Shown in pieces: positions 1 to 9,781 of a stretch of DNA of 64,000 nt. How positions within the stretch are numbered: the stretch's first letter is position 1; every line of letters starts with the position of its first letter. Position numbers and translations under genes: made by a program. This DNA comes from a virus. Its lineage: Duplodnaviria > Heunggongvirae > Uroviricota > Caudoviricetes. The DNA is taken from positions 12,305 to 76,304 of the IMG/VR virus record IMGVR_UViG_3300032315_001309; one strand, 5' to 3'. Under the pieces are notes generated by a model. It searched no databases. It was given only the letters and a program-made list of their open reading frames with translations, and was not told the origin of the DNA.

Positions 1-231
1 TGATAATGCGAGTGTTGGAATATACTATTGGTCAAGGGGATCTGATTATGTCAAATATGCCCAACAAATGATCAGTAAAGGTATCACCACAAAAAATGAA
101 TATTATGTATGTCCGGTTTTTAATGAGGCTATCGCAGATGGTAAAAAAATCAGAATGAAGGAAATTCAAAAAATGTGGGGACTCGGAACTCCAGAAGATC
201 TTGACTACTTTTTGGAGCATTATAACGCATG
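1..231 (+). CDS. 3' end of an upstream gene (C-terminal fragment; possibly a sugar-nucleotidyltransferase-like protein of the glycan island)
   Basis: Open frame from the window edge to TGA at 229-231, overlapping the next ATG (ATGA). The C-terminal ...GTPEDLDYF motif is reminiscent of nucleotidyltransferases. Too short for a firm call. Confidence 0.3.
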
Positions 232-681
232 AAATTGATAGCACATCGTGGTAATGTTCATGGCCCGAAACCAGATCGGGAAAATAGTATCGCTTATATT
301 GAAGAAGCAATTACTGAAGGATATGATGTTGAAATTGATCTAAGAGTTGAGAACAATAGATGCTATCTTGGGCACGACAATCCTGAATATGTCGTAACTA
401 TGGACTGGTTGAGAAAATACAAAGAGATTCTTTGGATTCATTGTAAGAATCATGAAGCACTTGAAAAAATTTCTAGTTCTTTTGTGGAATTTAATTACTT
501 TTGGCACGAAACGGATAGCTATACTATCACCAGTAAAGGTATAGGATGGGTATATCCAGGCAAACAACCATATTCAAAATCTGTTATAGTTATGCCAGAA
601 AATCTTGGTGGAGACATTAAAATACTTAAGGAGTGTGACTGTTATGGTATTTGTAGTGATTATGTAGGAGAGCTTTTTTAA
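229..681 (+). CDS. glycerophosphodiester phosphodiesterase (GDPD)-like protein, short form
   Basis: ATG start. IAHRGN...EIDLR...GHDNPE motifs are typical of the GDPD fold (HRG, E-x-D, HD). Only 150 aa. Confidence 0.5.
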   Translation: MKLIAHRGNVHGPKPDRENSIAYIEEAITEGYDVEIDLRVENNRCYLGHDNPEYVVTMDWLRKYKEILWIHCKNHEALEKISSSFVEFNYFWHETDSYTITSKGIGWVYPGKQPYSKSVIVMPENLGGDIKILKECDCYGICSDYVGELF

Positions 682-1619
682 TGTATAAAAATAAAAAAAT
701 GATTGCCTGCTCCCCAGTCGGAAGAAAGGAATCCATGAAATGTCTTTTCAATCACATGCTGAGACATAAGCAGGTGATTGATGAATATCATCTTTGGGTG
801 AATACTGTAGTCCAAGAGGATTTGGAGTTCATTCAAGAATTCTATGAATCTAATAAAGATTTTGTTCATCTTAAATATGGATGTGAAGAGCTAGATCCAT
901 TACAAATGGGTAGAGCCAATAACGTTAAACGATTTTATAATTATTGCATTGAACCTGGTACATTTTATTTCAAAATTGACGATGACATCATATTCATTGA
1001 AGATGGGACATTTGAGAAGCTGGCTCAATATAAATTAGATAATCCAGAAACATTTTTAACATATCCAATAATCATTAATAATTATTGGTGTACACATTTT
1101 CTTAGAAAATATGATGCTATCGATGTCCCATCATGTCCAATTTGCGATGGTATTTGGTATGACTTATTCGAACAAAATAGAGAAGCCATAAAAAATACGG
1201 ATCAGACATTGAGTGATAATCTAGAAGAACCTAAACCAAGAGACTTTATACCAGAGCAATACTTTTTCAGTCCTTTGTATTGGAGAGATTCACAATTTTC
1301 ATATTCAATTTTGAATGAAACATACAATTATATAAAAGAAAACAAACTTTCAGATTTGGATATTGAAAACATAGTTCTTGATTATGAGCCAGTTTCCATT
1401 CAATTTATTATGTGGTCTGGTGAAGATTTTGCAAAATTTGATGGTAATGTAAAATCAGTAGGTGATGAACCATGGCTCTCGATGTTTTATCCTATTAAAT
1501 ATGATCTGAAAAATGCAATAGTGGGCAATACGAGAGTTGTTCATTATGCATATTGGCCACAAAGAGATTACCTGAATTCTACGGGTATTCTAGACTTATA
1601 TGAAACCCTTTACTCATAA
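681..1619 (+). CDS. hypothetical protein, possible nucleotide-sugar glycosyltransferase (DxD-like FKIDDDIIFIEDG)
   Basis: 312-aa ORF with ATG start overlapping the previous stop. An acidic DDD patch follows a hydrophobic strand, as in GT-A enzymes. Context is a glycosyltransferase island. Confidence 0.35.
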   Translation: MYKNKKMIACSPVGRKESMKCLFNHMLRHKQVIDEYHLWVNTVVQEDLEFIQEFYESNKDFVHLKYGCEELDPLQMGRANNVKRFYNYCIEPGTFYFKIDDDIIFIEDGTFEKLAQYKLDNPETFLTYPIIINNYWCTHFLRKYDAIDVPSCPICDGIWYDLFEQNREAIKNTDQTLSDNLEEPKPRDFIPEQYFFSPLYWRDSQFSYSILNETYNYIKENKLSDLDIENIVLDYEPVSIQFIMWSGEDFAKFDGNVKSVGDEPWLSMFYPIKYDLKNAIVGNTRVVHYAYWPQRDYLNSTGILDLYETLYS

Positions 1620-1628
1620 TTTAATCTT

Positions 1629-2399
1629 ATGAAAATAGCCTTATGTTTTTCTGGTCAGCCCAGATTTGTAAATGAAGTATATAATTATATTCAACAAAAT
1701 GTATGTGATGGATATGATGTTGATGTGTTTATGCATCTTTGGTTTGATGAAGAGCTACAGACTAAACCATACAAATATGGTGGAAATGGTAACTGGGTAG
1801 ATCAAAGAATTTCACCTGATGCAATAAAATATGCCGAAGCATTATATTCACCTAAAAAATTAAAAGTTGAGAAAAGTAGAATATTTAGAGACTCTAATAT
1901 TGTAACTGATTATTGTTATGACTTAAACGGTAATCTTATTGATTGGACAAAACATTGGAAGGAAAGTCAGGAGCCGGATTACAGAAACAGAATGGTCAAT
2001 AATTGGCTGTCTTCATTCTATAGTTTAAATCAAGTTAATATTCTGAAGAAAGAATATGAATATGAGAATGATTTCAAATATGATTTTGTGGTTAGATGCA
2101 GAACCGATTCTGTTGTACATACAAAAATTGTATATGAACAATACGACCCTCGCGTTGTGTATTACACTAATATATTAAATCAACCTGATGGTATGATTGC
2201 TGATTATTTAAATCTTGGTGGTTCAAAGGTGATGGATTGCTTTATGAGTACCTTCAATTATATTGACCGTATATTTGACATATGCAATCAAGATCTTGGA
2301 GGAGCCTGGAGTAATGAAATGCTACATAGAAAGACACTTGATTTTTTTGGAATTCCACATGAATCACGATCAATTGTTATTACTTTACCTAGGTTTTAA
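1629..2399 (+). CDS. hypothetical protein (glycan-island member)
   Basis: 256-aa ORF with ATG start and tight spacing to neighbours. No motif I can name confidently. Confidence 0.4.
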   Translation: MKIALCFSGQPRFVNEVYNYIQQNVCDGYDVDVFMHLWFDEELQTKPYKYGGNGNWVDQRISPDAIKYAEALYSPKKLKVEKSRIFRDSNIVTDYCYDLNGNLIDWTKHWKESQEPDYRNRMVNNWLSSFYSLNQVNILKKEYEYENDFKYDFVVRCRTDSVVHTKIVYEQYDPRVVYYTNILNQPDGMIADYLNLGGSKVMDCFMSTFNYIDRIFDICNQDLGGAWSNEMLHRKTLDFFGIPHESRSIVITLPRF

Positions 2400-2475
2400 T
2401 TGTGGAAAATTCTATCTTTGAAGATATATATTGTCGAATCTGTATTATTTTATTGTATATTGATATAAAAACTTT

Positions 2476-3483
2476 ATGAAACCTAAAATTATTATCTGGG
2501 GATTCCCTTTAGATACTCATACACACTCTTATATACATGCTGCTTGGTATAAGACTTTCAAATTTCTTGGATATGAGACCTATTGGTTTCATGATGGAAA
2601 TTACCCAGAAAATTTTGATTATAAAAATTGCCTTTTTATATCAGAAGAATATGCTGCTAGTAAAATTCCCATCGAGGCTTCTTCGACTTATTTCATACAC
2701 AACGCAATCAATCCATCAAAATATTTGGATAAAGGGGCTCGGTTAATTGATATACGTTTTAATGTATATGGAATTAATGATGTTAATTACAAGCTGAAGG
2801 TAAATAAGGCGGAATTAGTTAAGCTTGATGATGTAACTTTTTACAACCCTAAAGCAGATGATAGCGTCTTAGCTGACCAATGGGAGAAGGGAATCTCTGG
2901 TTATGAAGCAATACATCTAACTTGGGCAACTGATTTACTACCACATGAATTTTATTATGATGATGCATTGATGAAAAGGCATCAAGAATACTATCATGTT
3001 GGATCTATTATTGGTAGTAACATCAAAGAAATGCAGAAGGTGGTTTCGGCATTACAAAGTTTAAATATTCCATTTGTACATATTGACCCATGGAGAAATC
3101 CAGTTTCTTTTGAGGATGGTAAAAGATATATGCAATTGTCTAGGCTTTCACTTGATGTACGAGGAACCGAAACCAAGGAAATCGTAAATGGTAAACCTGG
3201 AAATGGTGGTGATCACAAAAATATCGGATATATTCCATGTAGGACTTTTAAGGCAATTAGTTATGGTAGAATAACCGGAACTAACTCAAAAGCCGTAAAG
3301 GATGTTTTCGGTGATTACGTAATTTATAATGATGATGAATATCAATTGGTTTATGATATGAACGAAGCAGAAAAAAGAGACAAGGTTCAATTAGTTATCG
3401 AATCCATGAGATGGGTACAGGAAAATCATACCTATATTAATAGAGTTAATTGTCTTATGCAAGTATATAATCAGGAGATTTGA
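2476..3483 (+). CDS. hypothetical protein, possible glycosyltransferase
   Basis: 335-aa ORF with ATG start. The N-terminal Rossmann-like beta strand is MKPKIIIWGFP. Confidence 0.4.
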   Translation: MKPKIIIWGFPLDTHTHSYIHAAWYKTFKFLGYETYWFHDGNYPENFDYKNCLFISEEYAASKIPIEASSTYFIHNAINPSKYLDKGARLIDIRFNVYGINDVNYKLKVNKAELVKLDDVTFYNPKADDSVLADQWEKGISGYEAIHLTWATDLLPHEFYYDDALMKRHQEYYHVGSIIGSNIKEMQKVVSALQSLNIPFVHIDPWRNPVSFEDGKRYMQLSRLSLDVRGTETKEIVNGKPGNGGDHKNIGYIPCRTFKAISYGRITGTNSKAVKDVFGDYVIYNDDEYQLVYDMNEAEKRDKVQLVIESMRWVQENHTYINRVNCLMQVYNQEI

Positions 3484-3484
3484 T

Positions 3485-4291
3485 ATGTCAGATATTACGT
3501 TAGTTACTGCCCTTTACGATATTAATCGAGATATATATGGTGATGGCCGAACATTTGAAGAATACCTTGTATGGTTCAGTAAAACACTAAAAATTACGAC
3601 ACCAATGGTAATTTATGTGGATGAATCATTAGTAGATTTTGTAAAAAAAGAAAGAGGGTCTTTACCCACTAAGATTATTACACAATCTCTAGATGAGGTC
3701 CCGTATTATTCATTAAATGAATCTATTAATAATATTTTAATGTCTGATAATTACAGGCTAAAAATAGATGCGCCCGATAGAATTGAGTGTAAAATGAGTA
3801 TGTACAATGTAATTATTTACTCTAAATTCAAATGGGTAGAATTAGCCGTTAAGAATAATTATTTTGACTCACAGTATTTTATGTGGGTGGATGCTGGATT
3901 GTCCAGATTTTTTGGTGGAATCGATAACAATTATCCATCAAAGAATGCGACAGAAACTTTAATTGGGTGTGCGGACCATATTTTAATTCAAACCTCAATG
4001 TCGTATTATCCTGATTTAGTGGAGGCCGAGGGTTGTTCTGAAGAATACTTTTGGGATTCTCGTAGTTGGGTAATGGCTGGACTATGGGGTGGTGGTAATA
4101 AAATTATGCTAGAATTCTGTAATGAAATTGAAAATATTTTAACACAGAAAATGATCAAAAATAATGTCGTGAACAATGAGCAAATTGCAATGGCGTATTT
4201 GTATAAAAATAAACCAAATATGTTCATAGAATTTGAAAATTATGCACATATGCATCGACAATATGAATTAATACAGGAGTTAGGTAAATGA
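3485..4291 (+). CDS. HtrL/YibB-like protein (LPS-core-associated putative glycosyltransferase family)
   Basis: The N-terminal ITLVTALYDINRD motif resembles the HtrL family start (TxVTAxFDIGR). A later WVDAG motif is also present. Overlaps the next gene (ATGA). Confidence 0.4.
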   Translation: MSDITLVTALYDINRDIYGDGRTFEEYLVWFSKTLKITTPMVIYVDESLVDFVKKERGSLPTKIITQSLDEVPYYSLNESINNILMSDNYRLKIDAPDRIECKMSMYNVIIYSKFKWVELAVKNNYFDSQYFMWVDAGLSRFFGGIDNNYPSKNATETLIGCADHILIQTSMSYYPDLVEAEGCSEEYFWDSRSWVMAGLWGGGNKIMLEFCNEIENILTQKMIKNNVVNNEQIAMAYLYKNKPNMFIEFENYAHMHRQYELIQELGK

Positions 4292-5238
4292 AACTTACAT
4301 TAGTTGGACCCGGAATTATGCCGATTCCCCCAAGTGGGTGGGGTGCTGTGGAGATTCTTATTTGGGATACCAAATGTGCACTGGAAAAATTAGGACATGA
4401 AGTACAGATAATCAACACCAAAGATTGTCAACAAATTATCAATGATATTAATGAATTTTCGCCTGATTTTGTTCATGTACATTATGATGAATTCATCTCT
4501 ATAGTTCCATATATTCAATACCCAAATGCAATCACAAGTCATTTTGGGTACCTGGAACGACCAGAAATGTTCAATGGTTATGCTAATATTGCAAATGAAT
4601 TCGCAAGAATTAAACCAAATATATTTTGTCTTTCTGATGGAATCGAGAAAGTATATAATTTGATGTTTGATATACCCAAAGAAAATACTTATGTTACTCC
4701 TAATGGAGTAAATACAGCTAGCTTTAAATATAAAGAGATTCCTGAATATCTTGATAGGAGCATTTATCTTGCAAAAATTGATTATCGTAAAAGGCAACAT
4801 CTTTTTCAGTCTATTGATAGTCTTTGGTTTGCAGGTAATCTGGCTGATAATAGATTTGACGTAAATAAAAATTATCTTGGGGAATGGAGTAAACCTGATC
4901 TGTATGAGAAACTTACTGATTATGGTAACTTAGTTCTCTTATCCGATGGTGAAGCGCATCCTTTGGTGTGTATGGAGGCTCTTGCGGCAGGTTTAGGTGT
5001 AGTTGTATGTGAATGGGGTAAATCAAATTTAGATGTTGATAAAGATTTCATCACGATCATACCCGAAAAAAGAATTGATGACATTGATTATGTAGAAAAA
5101 CAAATTATCGAAAATAGAAAATATTCCGTCAATCACCGTGATGAAATTGTTGAATATTCAAAGCAATTCGACTGGAATAAAATTATAGAAACATACTATA
5201 TACCCAATGTTAAAAAAATAATTGAACGCCATGTATGA
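4288..5238 (+). CDS. glycosyltransferase family 1 (GT-B, GT4-like)
   Basis: C-terminal E-x7-E-like region GEAHPLVCMEALAAGLGVVVCEWG is typical of GT1 enzymes. 316 aa. Confidence 0.55.
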   Translation: MKLTLVGPGIMPIPPSGWGAVEILIWDTKCALEKLGHEVQIINTKDCQQIINDINEFSPDFVHVHYDEFISIVPYIQYPNAITSHFGYLERPEMFNGYANIANEFARIKPNIFCLSDGIEKVYNLMFDIPKENTYVTPNGVNTASFKYKEIPEYLDRSIYLAKIDYRKRQHLFQSIDSLWFAGNLADNRFDVNKNYLGEWSKPDLYEKLTDYGNLVLLSDGEAHPLVCMEALAAGLGVVVCEWGKSNLDVDKDFITIIPEKRIDDIDYVEKQIIENRKYSVNHRDEIVEYSKQFDWNKIIETYYIPNVKKIIERHV

Positions 5239-6028
5239 TACTATTTTAGAAAAAAATAAATCCATATATAAACTTGACAAGTTTGGTCCAATTTATTATA
5301 TAAATTTGGATGATCAACCCGAAAGGCGGGAGTATATGGAATCTCAATTTAAGTATTGGGGAATCGATAATTACACTAGAATTTCTGCTTATGATGGTCG
5401 AAATGATGATTTGAGTGACATTATAAAGGGCAAATACCCCGAGAATATTTCAGCTTCTGAATTGGGTTGTTTGACTAGTCATCTAAAATCAATCAAACAT
5501 TGGTATGATACTAGTGAAACACCATATGCCATCTTCATGGAGGATGATTGCATTATTAATAATGCAAAATATTGGAATTTTACTTGGCAGGAATTTATAT
5601 GTCGAGTTCCCTATAATTGGGATTGCTTACAGTTGGCCGTCATAGTTACTGGCGATATACACTTACAAATACACAAACATTATAGTAATGAATTCTCGAC
5701 TGCTTGTTATGTTATAACAAGGCGATATGCAAAAAAATTAATCGATCTTCATGTGAAAGATGGTAAATATAGATTAGATCAAGATATTCGACCCAGGGCA
5801 GTTGCTGATGATGTATTATATAATACGGGAGTTACCTACACAGTACCCCTATTTTTATATGAACTTAAATTAGGATCAACTATACACCCAGATCATATTG
5901 ACACATTTCATAAAAATTCTTATGAAAGTTTGAGCCAATTTTGGCAAAATAAAGGATCAGAATTGACGGTAGATGCTATTACTGATTATAATCCTTATTT
6001 TAATAGTATCGTTGGATCTACACAATAA
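5231..6028 (+). CDS. glycosyltransferase family 25 (LPS beta-1,4-galactosyltransferase-like)
   Basis: YYINLDDQPERREYMESQF matches the GT25 N-terminal signature. The ORF track start at 5222 is a TTG; the first ATG is at 5231. Confidence 0.6.
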   Translation: MYDTILEKNKSIYKLDKFGPIYYINLDDQPERREYMESQFKYWGIDNYTRISAYDGRNDDLSDIIKGKYPENISASELGCLTSHLKSIKHWYDTSETPYAIFMEDDCIINNAKYWNFTWQEFICRVPYNWDCLQLAVIVTGDIHLQIHKHYSNEFSTACYVITRRYAKKLIDLHVKDGKYRLDQDIRPRAVADDVLYNTGVTYTVPLFLYELKLGSTIHPDHIDTFHKNSYESLSQFWQNKGSELTVDAITDYNPYFNSIVGSTQ

Positions 6029-6041
6029 ACGCAGCCAGGGG

Positions 6042-6070
6042 TTGACAGATCCTAAATAATCACTTATTAT
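6042..6070 (+). promoter_or_regulatory. sigma70-type promoter: TTGACA, 17-bp spacer, TATTAT
   Basis: Consensus -35 at 6042-6047, exactly 17 bp of spacer, then TATTAT at 6065-6070. A relatively GC-rich leader follows, upstream of the RlpA-like and hli genes. Confidence 0.4.
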
Positions 6071-6179
6071 GCAGGGGCCTCGAAATTGAGGCTTGGTGAA
6101 ACGAGAGCTAGGGGTGCTACTCTTTTTAAGAGGAGTTGCGATAGCACCAAAGCCTAGATGTAGAATTCTATTATTTTTA

Positions 6180-6659
6180 ATGCTTTTTAACAACAAAATT
6201 TTAACCTCTATTGTTTGTGGGACTATTGGGGCCACTGTACTGAGCCCTATTCCAACACAAGCTATTTCTGTGACCTCATCTATCGAATCTATGACCGTTC
6301 CTGCGAGAAGTCAAGATTGGTATTTAAAACTCGAAAAAGTGCTTCCAAATTACAAAGCACCTACAGCAAGTGCCCAATATGGTAATGCTAGTTGGTATGG
6401 TCCTGGATTTTATGGAAACCGAACCGCAAATGGTGAAGTTTACCGACCAGGTTCAATGACAGCAGCACACAAATATTTACCTTTTGGTACTAGGGTTCTG
6501 GTCACAAATCTTAACAATGGACGATCTGCTGTTCTTCGAATTAATGATCGTGGTCCATTTTATGGAGGTAGAATTATTGATCTATCCGAAACAGCGGCTG
6601 GTGTCTTGGGGCTTAAAAGTCCTGGAGTCGGTCCAGTTAAAGTAAAGGTTCTAAATTAA
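6180..6659 (+). CDS. RlpA-like double-psi beta-barrel protein with N-terminal signal peptide
   Basis: ASWYGPGFYGNRTANGEVY...MTAAHKYLPFGTRVLVTNLNNGRSAVLRINDRGP is the classic RlpA/DPBB signature. A hydrophobic N-terminus starts at the first ATG (6180). The track ORF at 6093 begins with TTG. GC content is higher than in the surroundings. Confidence 0.6.
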   Translation: MLFNNKILTSIVCGTIGATVLSPIPTQAISVTSSIESMTVPARSQDWYLKLEKVLPNYKAPTASAQYGNASWYGPGFYGNRTANGEVYRPGSMTAAHKYLPFGTRVLVTNLNNGRSAVLRINDRGPFYGGRIIDLSETAAGVLGLKSPGVGPVKVKVLN

Positions 6660-6675
6660 TTTTATAAATATTATA

Positions 6676-6870
6676 ATGACTGTAACAACTAATGAACATG
6701 GACAACAAAACATGTTTGCCAAGGAACCAGAAATGTATTATGAAGATTATGGTACGGAAACTCCGAACCAAATTAAAGAGAAATACAATGGTCGTTGGGC
6801 AATGTGTGGAATTGTCTCTGGACTTATTTCATATACTTTAACCGGTAAACTTTTCTTTGGTATTTTCTGA
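6676..6870 (+). CDS. hli: high-light-inducible protein (HLIP/Scp family)
   Basis: C-terminal NGRWAMCGIVSGLISYTLTGKLFFG resembles the chlorophyll a/b-binding one-helix motif (NGRxAMxGF...). Confidence 0.55.
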   Translation: MTVTTNEHGQQNMFAKEPEMYYEDYGTETPNQIKEKYNGRWAMCGIVSGLISYTLTGKLFFGIF

Positions 6871-6964
6871 TAACCCAAGTACTTTTACCGTGACAAGTAT
6901 TGCCTTTATTGTGCCTTTGGCACATTTTATTAACCTACTTTTTGAAACTTATTGAGGAAAAACA

Positions 6965-7087
6965 ATGAAAAACTTTGGATGGACTGAACAGGCGGAATTA
7001 GCAAACGGAAGACTAGCTATGTGCGCCTTTGTTATTGCTGTCGGCACTTATTTGACTACTGGACAATTAATTCCCGGTATTCTTTGA
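6965..7087 (+). CDS. hli: high-light-inducible protein (HLIP), 40 aa
   Basis: MKNFGWTEQAELANGRLAMCAFVIAVGTYLTTGQLIPGIL carries the canonical FGWTxxAExxNGRLAM motif. A GAGGA ribosome-binding site sits 6 nt upstream. Absent from the ORF track because it is under 60 aa. Confidence 0.7.
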   Translation: MKNFGWTEQAELANGRLAMCAFVIAVGTYLTTGQLIPGIL

Positions 7088-7095
7088 TTTCACCT

Positions 7096-7117
7096 GGGGG
7101 CTATAGCCCCCATTTTA
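7096..7117 (+). terminator. rho-independent terminator (GGGGGC-TATA-GCCCCC + ATTTTAATT)
   Basis: Perfect 6-bp GC stem with a 4-nt loop, followed by an A/T run, directly after the second hli gene. Confidence 0.5.
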
Positions 7118-7128
7118 ATTAATCAATA

Positions 7129-7464
7129 ATGGAAAAAAAATGCATCAGATGTAACAATATCAAATCTATTAATAATTTTTCTACGAGTAAGAGAGGAACT
7201 CGTAATGTTTGTAAAGAATGTATAAATTTAAGCAGTAGAATCGTCAATAATTTAAAAAAAACCGCACCACCAAAGCCAGTACCTGAGGTGTGTCAGTGCT
7301 GCAGAAAAAAAAGTAAATTAGTATTAGATCATTGCCATGAAACCAGCAAATTCCGAGGCTGGATTTGTCACCAATGTAACATGGCTATAGGTAATTTGGG
7401 TGATAATATAGCCGGGCTTATGAATGCTGTACTGTATCTTGCGGAATGTCACGAAACTAAATAG
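7129..7464 (+). CDS. recombination endonuclease VII (T4 gp49-like)
   Basis: LVLDHCHETSKFRGWICHQCNMAIGNLGDN matches the EndoVII motif (DHxH...G.RG.LC..CN...G). N-terminal Cys pairs form a zinc ribbon. Confidence 0.65.
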   Translation: MEKKCIRCNNIKSINNFSTSKRGTRNVCKECINLSSRIVNNLKKTAPPKPVPEVCQCCRKKSKLVLDHCHETSKFRGWICHQCNMAIGNLGDNIAGLMNAVLYLAECHETK

Positions 7465-7484
7465 CTTAAATTGTAATATGTTTG

Positions 7485-7685
7485 ATGATAGGATTCATAA
7501 CTGATGATGGTGAATACGGGGTATTTCCGTATAATAAAAAATGGATGGTGATATACCACAATCAACAATTGGAGGTGTTTAATACACCAACTCAATGTAA
7601 AAAATATATCAAAACCCATTCAGCCAGTTTGAAAAATGGCCTAGCAGACCCCACATCAGAAAAAAAACCGACTATGGTAAGATAG
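7485..7685 (+). CDS. hypothetical protein
   Basis: Small ORF. The track start at 7482 is a TTG; the first ATG is at 7485. Confidence 0.3.
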   Translation: MIGFITDDGEYGVFPYNKKWMVIYHNQQLEVFNTPTQCKKYIKTHSASLKNGLADPTSEKKPTMVR

Positions 7686-7717
7686 ACTTCGAATAAACAA
7701 ATCGTAAATAAGAAATA

Positions 7718-8029
7718 ATGATTTCAACTAAAATTCGTCTACAACTTGAAGAAATTTGTGAAAGAATTGAAAATAGAAAAAAAGTCACCTTGGCCGAAAT
7801 GGTTTTAATTGAAAAGTATGCAAAGGCAAATCGAATTGTATTCGACATGCTACAGAGAGCCCGTCGAAGGGCCACACAGGGGCCAATCCCAGAAGGAGGA
7901 CCAGATGAGTTCTTAGATCAAATGAATCTCGGAAACCCGGACCCAACGACTCATATTACGGGTGCTAGTAATATTGATGATATTGTGAATTTTTTTACAA
8001 ATGATACTGATCACATGAGGAGAGATTGA
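7718..8029 (+). CDS. hypothetical protein
   Basis: 103-aa ORF with ATG start. Confidence 0.35.
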   Translation: MISTKIRLQLEEICERIENRKKVTLAEMVLIEKYAKANRIVFDMLQRARRRATQGPIPEGGPDEFLDQMNLGNPDPTTHITGASNIDDIVNFFTNDTDHMRRD

Positions 8030-8277
8030 TGTTCACTAATGGTTATTATTTAAGTTTATTTTTTATTTTTTGTTTATTGTGCTATGCCATTGTGGTAGAT
8101 AAAAATGTAGGTGAATATATTGTTCTGTCTCTACAACTAATGAAAATTACATTCACAAGATATGTTATGCTAATCAAACTACATCCACATAATCCAATTA
8201 CAAATTATATGGCTAGGGTGAGATACTCAAAAATAGCAAAAGACCTACACGCCGAATTAAACAAAAAAACCCCTTGA
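8029..8277 (+). CDS. hypothetical small membrane protein
   Basis: Hydrophobic N-terminal helix. The ATG at 8029 overlaps the previous stop. Confidence 0.3.
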   Translation: MFTNGYYLSLFFIFCLLCYAIVVDKNVGEYIVLSLQLMKITFTRYVMLIKLHPHNPITNYMARVRYSKIAKDLHAELNKKTP

Positions 8278-8318
8278 CCAATCTGGGGTCATGTGCTATG
8301 ATATGGAGAACTTAAAAA

Positions 8319-8921
8319 ATGACCATGGCTGAAGACTCAATCAATTTAAAGTTTCTGCAATCGCGGATTAATGACATCAAACAAGAAGGTCAAGAATCTG
8401 TCGATTTTACAATCGAATATCTTCAATGTCTTATGGCTCGACATGATCTAATGGAATCTATTCCTGATGATTTTGAGCTTGATGATGTTCCTGATAGTAT
8501 TTTGGATACTCTTCGTAAAGGAGAAATTCCAACAAAAGACGAGATCATTCTCATGGATACGGAGATTCAAAATTATTTTCTATTTGAACTGATTTGGTTG
8601 TGTGGTATGACTGCTATTGCATATTATACTTCAGACGAATCGGACAATGAACAACAAAACAATCCGAATACATTTGACGTTATTGTGAGTATGTTAGAAG
8701 TATCACCTGGACATGCGACAGGTTGTTATCTGATTGCAGTTTTTACTCTTCTTATGAGTCAGCTTCCAACAGAAGCAATGATTTCTAATATTACTAATAA
8801 TTTCTCAGATGATTTTGATCAATGTCAAAAAAATATGGATTATTTTGTAGAACTAGCTTCTTCAATCTTGACTAGACACAAAGAAGATAAATTATATATG
8901 AGTGGAATCGATCTTGCCTGA
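8319..8921 (+). CDS. hypothetical protein
   Basis: 200-aa acidic ORF with ATG start. Confidence 0.4.
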   Translation: MTMAEDSINLKFLQSRINDIKQEGQESVDFTIEYLQCLMARHDLMESIPDDFELDDVPDSILDTLRKGEIPTKDEIILMDTEIQNYFLFELIWLCGMTAIAYYTSDESDNEQQNNPNTFDVIVSMLEVSPGHATGCYLIAVFTLLMSQLPTEAMISNITNNFSDDFDQCQKNMDYFVELASSILTRHKEDKLYMSGIDLA

Positions 8922-9043
8922 CTTTGACGTAACATCCCCATGGTTTGAATTCAATAGCTATTGCTTTTGTTGTGAATCATTGGGTGTGGTTCCCACCATA
9001 ACAAAATTTTTACGTTATAATAAATTTTATAAAAATAACTTTA

Positions 9044-9286
9044 ATGAAAAAACGCAAAGGTTTGACGACCAAAATTAAACCACTAGCGAATACAATTTCA
9101 CCACGAAATTGTACGACCCCATTTCATGAAGCCTTCCCAATTAAATTGACACATATAGATAATAAAGTAGAAAAAAATTGTTACTTTGTCTGTAAGGAAC
9201 ATCTACAATCTTACATAACTAGATATAATATAAAAAAAGACGAAGCTAAAATAGAAAAAACATTACCACAAACTGGAGTAAATTAA
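9044..9286 (+). CDS. hypothetical protein
   Basis: 80-aa ORF. Confidence 0.3.
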   Translation: MKKRKGLTTKIKPLANTISPRNCTTPFHEAFPIKLTHIDNKVEKNCYFVCKEHLQSYITRYNIKKDEAKIEKTLPQTGVN

Positions 9287-9287
9287 A

Positions 9288-9518
9288 ATGGCATTGAGTG
9301 ATAAAGTAGAAGATAAACTAAAAGAAGCAGAAGGTGTTTTGCGAGACGCAATTTACTGGGCAGCCAAGAATGAAAATCCTGTCGTAATTAGTTCAATTTC
9401 TAAAATTATTTGTGAAATTGACATGCTAATGAAAATTGATAGATTTCAGGACAAACTTGAAGAGTTAATGAAAAAACAAAACGGCAATGATTCTGGATTT
9501 CTTGGTGGATTTTTTTGA
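9288..9518 (+). CDS. hypothetical protein
   Basis: 76-aa ORF, adjacent to the previous one. Confidence 0.3.
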   Translation: MALSDKVEDKLKEAEGVLRDAIYWAAKNENPVVISSISKIICEIDMLMKIDRFQDKLEELMKKQNGNDSGFLGGFF

Positions 9519-9536
9519 TAATTATAGGATAATATA

Positions 9537-9737
9537 ATGGATTTTATAGCTGGCCTAATTCTTGGTGCTTTTGTTGTTGGTGGTATGGCTCAACTATACT
9601 CAATGCAGGACTCAAATAATGGATGGATACAGTGTAAATTGCAACCTAAAATATGTGAAGCAAGATTCACACAATACAAAGCCGAAATAAAACTTGAAAA
9701 ATTAAGAGAAAAAAATCAAAAAGAATTTGGTTTTTAG
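9537..9737 (+). CDS. hypothetical small membrane protein
   Basis: Hydrophobic N-terminus, 66 aa. Confidence 0.3.
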   Translation: MDFIAGLILGAFVVGGMAQLYSMQDSNNGWIQCKLQPKICEARFTQYKAEIKLEKLREKNQKEFGF

Positions 9738-9781
9738 TTAAAAATTATTTTAGTCGTATGTCAAAACAGTGAGGAATAAAT

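Noticed and set aside
32-310. 92-aa minus-strand ORF at the window start
   Set aside because: It overlaps two + strand genes with convincing motifs (a fragment C-terminus and the GDPD-like gene) and its start is non-ATG.
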